A stretch of 64,000 bases of DNA from an uncultured bacterium (GTDB lineage Bacteria; Acidobacteriota; Thermoanaerobaculia; Multivoradales; JAHZIX01): contig CBDUPA010000011.1 in the NCBI GenBank assembly GCA_965368975.1, forward strand, positions 64,001 through 128,000, given 5' to 3'. Under the pieces are notes generated by a model that was not told the origin of the DNA, ran no database searches, and saw only the letters and a list, made by a program, of their open reading frames with translations. Numbering within the stretch: the first letter of the stretch is position 1; every line of letters starts with the position of its first letter. The position numbers and the translations under genes were made by a program. This document shows positions 60,707 to 64,000 of this stretch, one piece after another.

Positions 60707-60899
60707 TCTTCCGCAACGATCCGCCCGAGCCGGTACCCTAGTACGACACGGCACACGGCGATGACATACTCGAACACCGAGGTTCACCCTTGGGGTTCAG
60801 GCAAACAAGGCCCTGAGGTTCCGCCTCGGGGCTTTCGTGTATCTGGCTCTCCTGGGTCGTTGCCGAGGAGCGCGCTTCACATGCAGAGGAGGATCGGTC

Positions 60900-62159
60900 A
60901 TGCCGCTTTCCGCCGTTCGTCGAGTCACTGCTATTGCCTGGGCAAGCTGCTTCGGAATGCTGCTCAGCCTTGCTCCTGCCCTTGCGGCGCCACCGGCTCC
61001 CGCCAAGGCGGTCGTCTGGACCTCGCAGGGCGCGCCGGCAGCCCTGCCCGGCGTTCTTGGTCTGCAAGTACAGCGTTGGCAGAGCGAGCGTCCCACCCAG
61101 GGTGCAACCGACCGCGTCCAGCTCAACCGTTACTGCCCCGCATCCCCCGACTGGCCCGGCGGCCCTGCGCTGCTCTACCTACCCGGCACCTTCATGAACG
61201 GCCAGGTCGCGCTGACCGACGAGGACTACAACCTCTGGCTGTTCCTAGCTCGCCGCGGCGTCGACGTCTACACCCTCGACTACCGCACCCACTTCCTGCC
61301 GCGCGGCGAAGCCCTCGACGATCCCAGCCAGCTGCGCGCGTGGACCTCCGAAGCCTTCGTCGCCGATGTCACCGCCGCCGCCGACCAGGTGCGCACGATC
61401 AGTGGTCAGAGCCAGATCTTCGTCGCCGGCTTCAGCCGCGGAGTTTTCTACGCCTACGCCTACGCGTCCAGCCACCCGGACCGCGTCGCCGGCGTCGTCG
61501 CGCTCGATGGCTTCTTCAAAGCCCATAAACAACCGCCCAGCCCGGAAGCCGCCGGCTTCCAGCGCGACGCGGTGCTAGCGCAGCTCGAAGCCAGTGGCAA
61601 CTATGCTCAGGATGTCGGTGGCTCGCGCGGCTGGGAAGTGCGCCAGAAGATTTTTCTGCGTGCCGCGGAGGATCCCTCCTTCGAGGCGGTCGAGGACGGC
61701 CGCGACACCGGCCAGGCCGAGAACGTCGGCGAGCAGGTCAAGCTGATGCTGTACCAGACCATGGGCGGTGGTGGTGCCCTCGCCAACGCGCTCGAAGGGT
61801 ACTCGTCGGTGCGCACTCTCTCCCGACTCCTGGCCGATTATGATCGCTACTTTCCGGCCATCCAGGATGTCGAGACCATGTCGCTCGTCCTGCAAGCTGA
61901 CGACCCCCTCACCACCCTGGACGATCACTGGGCGGGCTGCGACGTCCCCGTGCTCTTCGTCGGTTCCGGCAACTTCGGCGCGGATTTCCTGCTCAACGGT
62001 ATCCACTCCGCCGTCCACTGCGGCGGCAACGAGACCGAGATCCGCCTGCTCGAAGAGCAAGGCCACCTGGATGTGCTGGTCGGAGCGCGGGCTGTCGAGG
62101 AAGTCTATATCCCTGTCCTGGAGTGGTTGCGGGGACAAGCGGCGACCACCTCGGAGTAG
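60900..62159 (+). CDS. Exported alpha/beta hydrolase
   Basis: GGAGG-like RBS, signal peptide, YLPG, GFSRG nucleophile elbow and GHLD. Confidence 0.85.
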   Translation: MPLSAVRRVTAIAWASCFGMLLSLAPALAAPPAPAKAVVWTSQGAPAALPGVLGLQVQRWQSERPTQGATDRVQLNRYCPASPDWPGGPALLYLPGTFMNGQVALTDEDYNLWLFLARRGVDVYTLDYRTHFLPRGEALDDPSQLRAWTSEAFVADVTAAADQVRTISGQSQIFVAGFSRGVFYAYAYASSHPDRVAGVVALDGFFKAHKQPPSPEAAGFQRDAVLAQLEASGNYAQDVGGSRGWEVRQKIFLRAAEDPSFEAVEDGRDTGQAENVGEQVKLMLYQTMGGGGALANALEGYSSVRTLSRLLADYDRYFPAIQDVETMSLVLQADDPLTTLDDHWAGCDVPVLFVGSGNFGADFLLNGIHSAVHCGGNETEIRLLEEQGHLDVLVGARAVEEVYIPVLEWLRGQAATTSE

Positions 62160-62235
62160 CGTCTCCAGGGGACATCAACCGAGGTGACCTCGGAGGGTTG
62201 TTTGCAGCTGAAAAGGGGGGGTGTGAGAGGGGGAG

Positions 62236-62312
62236 TGGTGCAGCCAGGAGGAGTCGAACCCCCAACCTTCTGATCCGTAGTCAGATGCTCTATCCAGTTG
62301 AGCTATGGCTGC
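62236..62312 (-). tRNA. tRNA-Arg (ACG)
   Basis: GCAGCCATAGCTCAACTGGATAGAGC...CTACGGA...GTTCGACTC...ACCA. Confidence 0.97.
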
Positions 62313-62427
62313 ATTCTCTGTCAAAGCGCCCGAAGGGATCGGGCTGTGGACGGTGTGAGCCGTCCGAGGAACGGAGATTGTAGACGAAGGCGGGGATCGG
62401 GTGCAACCCCTGAGTTTGGAAAAGAAG

Positions 62428-63249
62428 CTACTCGATCAGCCCGCTGAGCGGCGAAGACGCCGACGCGTAGAGCTTCATCGGGATGCGGCCGGCGTGCGCG
62501 GCGAGCCAGCCGGCTTCGACGGCGAGCTTCATCGAATAGGCCATGCGTACCGGATTGTTGGCCAGCGCGATGGCGGTGTTCATCAAGACGCCGTCGGCTC
62601 CCAGTTCCATGGCGATGACAGCGTCGCTCGCGGTGCCGACGCCGGCGTCGACGATCACGGGCACGTTCGCCTGCTCGACAATGATGCGCATGTTGGCGCG
62701 ATTGCGGATACCCATGCCGGAGCCGATCGGGGCACCCAGGGGCATGACGGCGGCGGCGCCGGCTTCTTCCAGGCGCTTGCAGGTGATCGGGTCGTCGCTG
62801 GTGTAGGGCAGCACGACGAAGCCCTCCTTGACCAGGATCTCGGTCGCCTTGAGCAGTTCGAAGTTGTCCGGGAAGAGCGTCTTCTGGTCGCCGATCACTT
62901 CCAACTTGACCCAGTTCCAGCCGCCCAGCTCCCGGGCCAGGCGAGCGGTGCGTACCGCTTCGTCAGCGGTGTAGCAGCCGGCGGTGTTGGGCAGAAGTAG
63001 GTAACGGTCCGGGTCGATGGCCTCGATCATCGAACTCTTGCCACTGTCGTCGAAGCTGACCCGGCGCAACGCGACGGTGATCATCTCCGTGCCGGAGATG
63101 GCGTGCGCCGCTTGCATGACGTCGAGATCCGGGAACTTGCCAGTGCCCAGGATCAGGCGTGAGTGGAAGGTGCGGTCGCCGATGGTCAGTGGTTCGACCT
63201 GGTGTGCGAGTGCGGTTTCGGGGGGCAGCTGGGTATCGGCGGCGGTCAT
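62428..63249 (-). CDS. thiG: Thiazole synthase
   Basis: [28 protein letters not shown] and VDAGVG. Confidence 0.97.
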   Translation of the reverse strand: MTAADTQLPPETALAHQVEPLTIGDRTFHSRLILGTGKFPDLDVMQAAHAISGTEMITVALRRVSFDDSGKSSMIEAIDPDRYLLLPNTAGCYTADEAVRTARLARELGGWNWVKLEVIGDQKTLFPDNFELLKATEILVKEGFVVLPYTSDDPITCKRLEEAGAAAVMPLGAPIGSGMGIRNRANMRIIVEQANVPVIVDAGVGTASDAVIAMELGADGVLMNTAIALANNPVRMAYSMKLAVEAGWLAAHAGRIPMKLYASASSPLSGLIE

Positions 63250-63343
63250 GAGTCTTCCTAAGGGGTACTTGGTAGGTGGATGCGGACAGGGTGCGGCATA
63301 TCACCGGGGTGCTTCATCGAAGGGCTGGCCACGGAAGCACGTA

Positions 63344-63982
63344 TCAGCGAACCACATAGTACTGCGTGCCCTTGATCGGCCGAGACAGCTGTTGCAGCAG
63401 CTGCTCGAAGTCTTCCTCGCGGTCCGGGAAGTTGAGGCTGCGCGTGTCGACCACCAGGAGCGGCGATTGCTCGTAGTAATGGTAGTAGTGGTTGTAGGCG
63501 TCGATCAGCTCGCGCAGGTAGTCCTTGGACATGGCGCGCTCGGCGTCGCGGGCGCGGCGACGAATACGGTCCATACAGGTTTCGAGGTCGGCGACCAGGT
63601 AGAGCACCAAGTCGGGTACTGGTATCTGCGGCTGTAGCAGGTTGTACAGCTTGTCGAACAGCATCAGCTCGTCGTCGGTGAGATTCAGGTAGGCGAAGAT
63701 GCGGTTCTTCTGGAACGTGTAGTCGGTGACCATCAGGCGGTCGAACAGACTCATCTGCGCTGCAGCCTGCTGCTGCTTGTAGCGCGACAGCAGGAAGTAG
63801 AGTTCGGTCTGGAAGGCGGCGCCGGGGCGGTCCTTGTAGAAGCGCTCGAGAAAAGGATTGTCGACATCCTCGAGCACCTTTACGCCTTCATAGCGACGGG
63901 TCAGCATTTCTACCAGGGTCGTCTTGCCGACACCGATCGGTCCGTCGACCGCGATGTGCCGGTACGGCAGCGATGCGGACAT
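63344..63982 (-). CDS. Deoxynucleoside kinase
   Basis: GPIGVGKTT, NPFLERFY and RIRRR. Confidence 0.93.
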   Translation of the reverse strand: MSASLPYRHIAVDGPIGVGKTTLVEMLTRRYEGVKVLEDVDNPFLERFYKDRPGAAFQTELYFLLSRYKQQQAAAQMSLFDRLMVTDYTFQKNRIFAYLNLTDDELMLFDKLYNLLQPQIPVPDLVLYLVADLETCMDRIRRRARDAERAMSKDYLRELIDAYNHYYHYYEQSPLLVVDTRSLNFPDREEDFEQLLQQLSRPIKGTQYYVVR

Positions 63983-64000
63983 TGTGCTCTCGGATGCAGG

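Noticed and set aside
63250-63343. TPP riboswitch upstream of thiG
   Set aside because: No GCTGAGA or CCTGA-like core on the minus strand in this 94-bp gap

Overview
High-GC bacterial chromosomal window. Gene content and family style suggest Acidobacteriota (Thermoanaerobaculia-like); this is inference only. Most of it is housekeeping and envelope genes: tnaA, pta, purD, PSP1/ricT-hfq-like-pdxA, Fe3+-type ABC, MFS, argS, hutI, yggS, rpsU-mutS2-dnaG-rpoD, thiG, a deoxynucleoside kinase and four tRNAs (fMet, Ile2, Asn, Arg). The left edge holds the tail of a non-proteinogenic diamino-acid biosynthetic cassette (ArgH-like lyase, ATP-grasp/PduX-kinase fusion, PLP cysteine-synthase-like enzyme). 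The standout is an intact 3754-bp IS1-family cargo element at 25977-29730, with perfect 17-bp terminal inverted repeats and an 8-bp target duplication. Its transposase sits in the middle, divergent from a ribbon-helix-helix gene across twin operator-bearing promoters. It also carries three orphan ORFs, a free-standing promoter-hairpin-terminator small-RNA cassette, a helically phased CTTTTCCAG array and two structured RNA-like leaders. Other notable items: pervasive 15-nt micro-duplications, leaderless regulators, tandem XRE paralogs, a Ser/Thr kinase-PEGA/TPR-NHL/PDZ module and an AbiEii pair embedded in a housekeeping run. All calls were made by eye from motifs; no searches were run.
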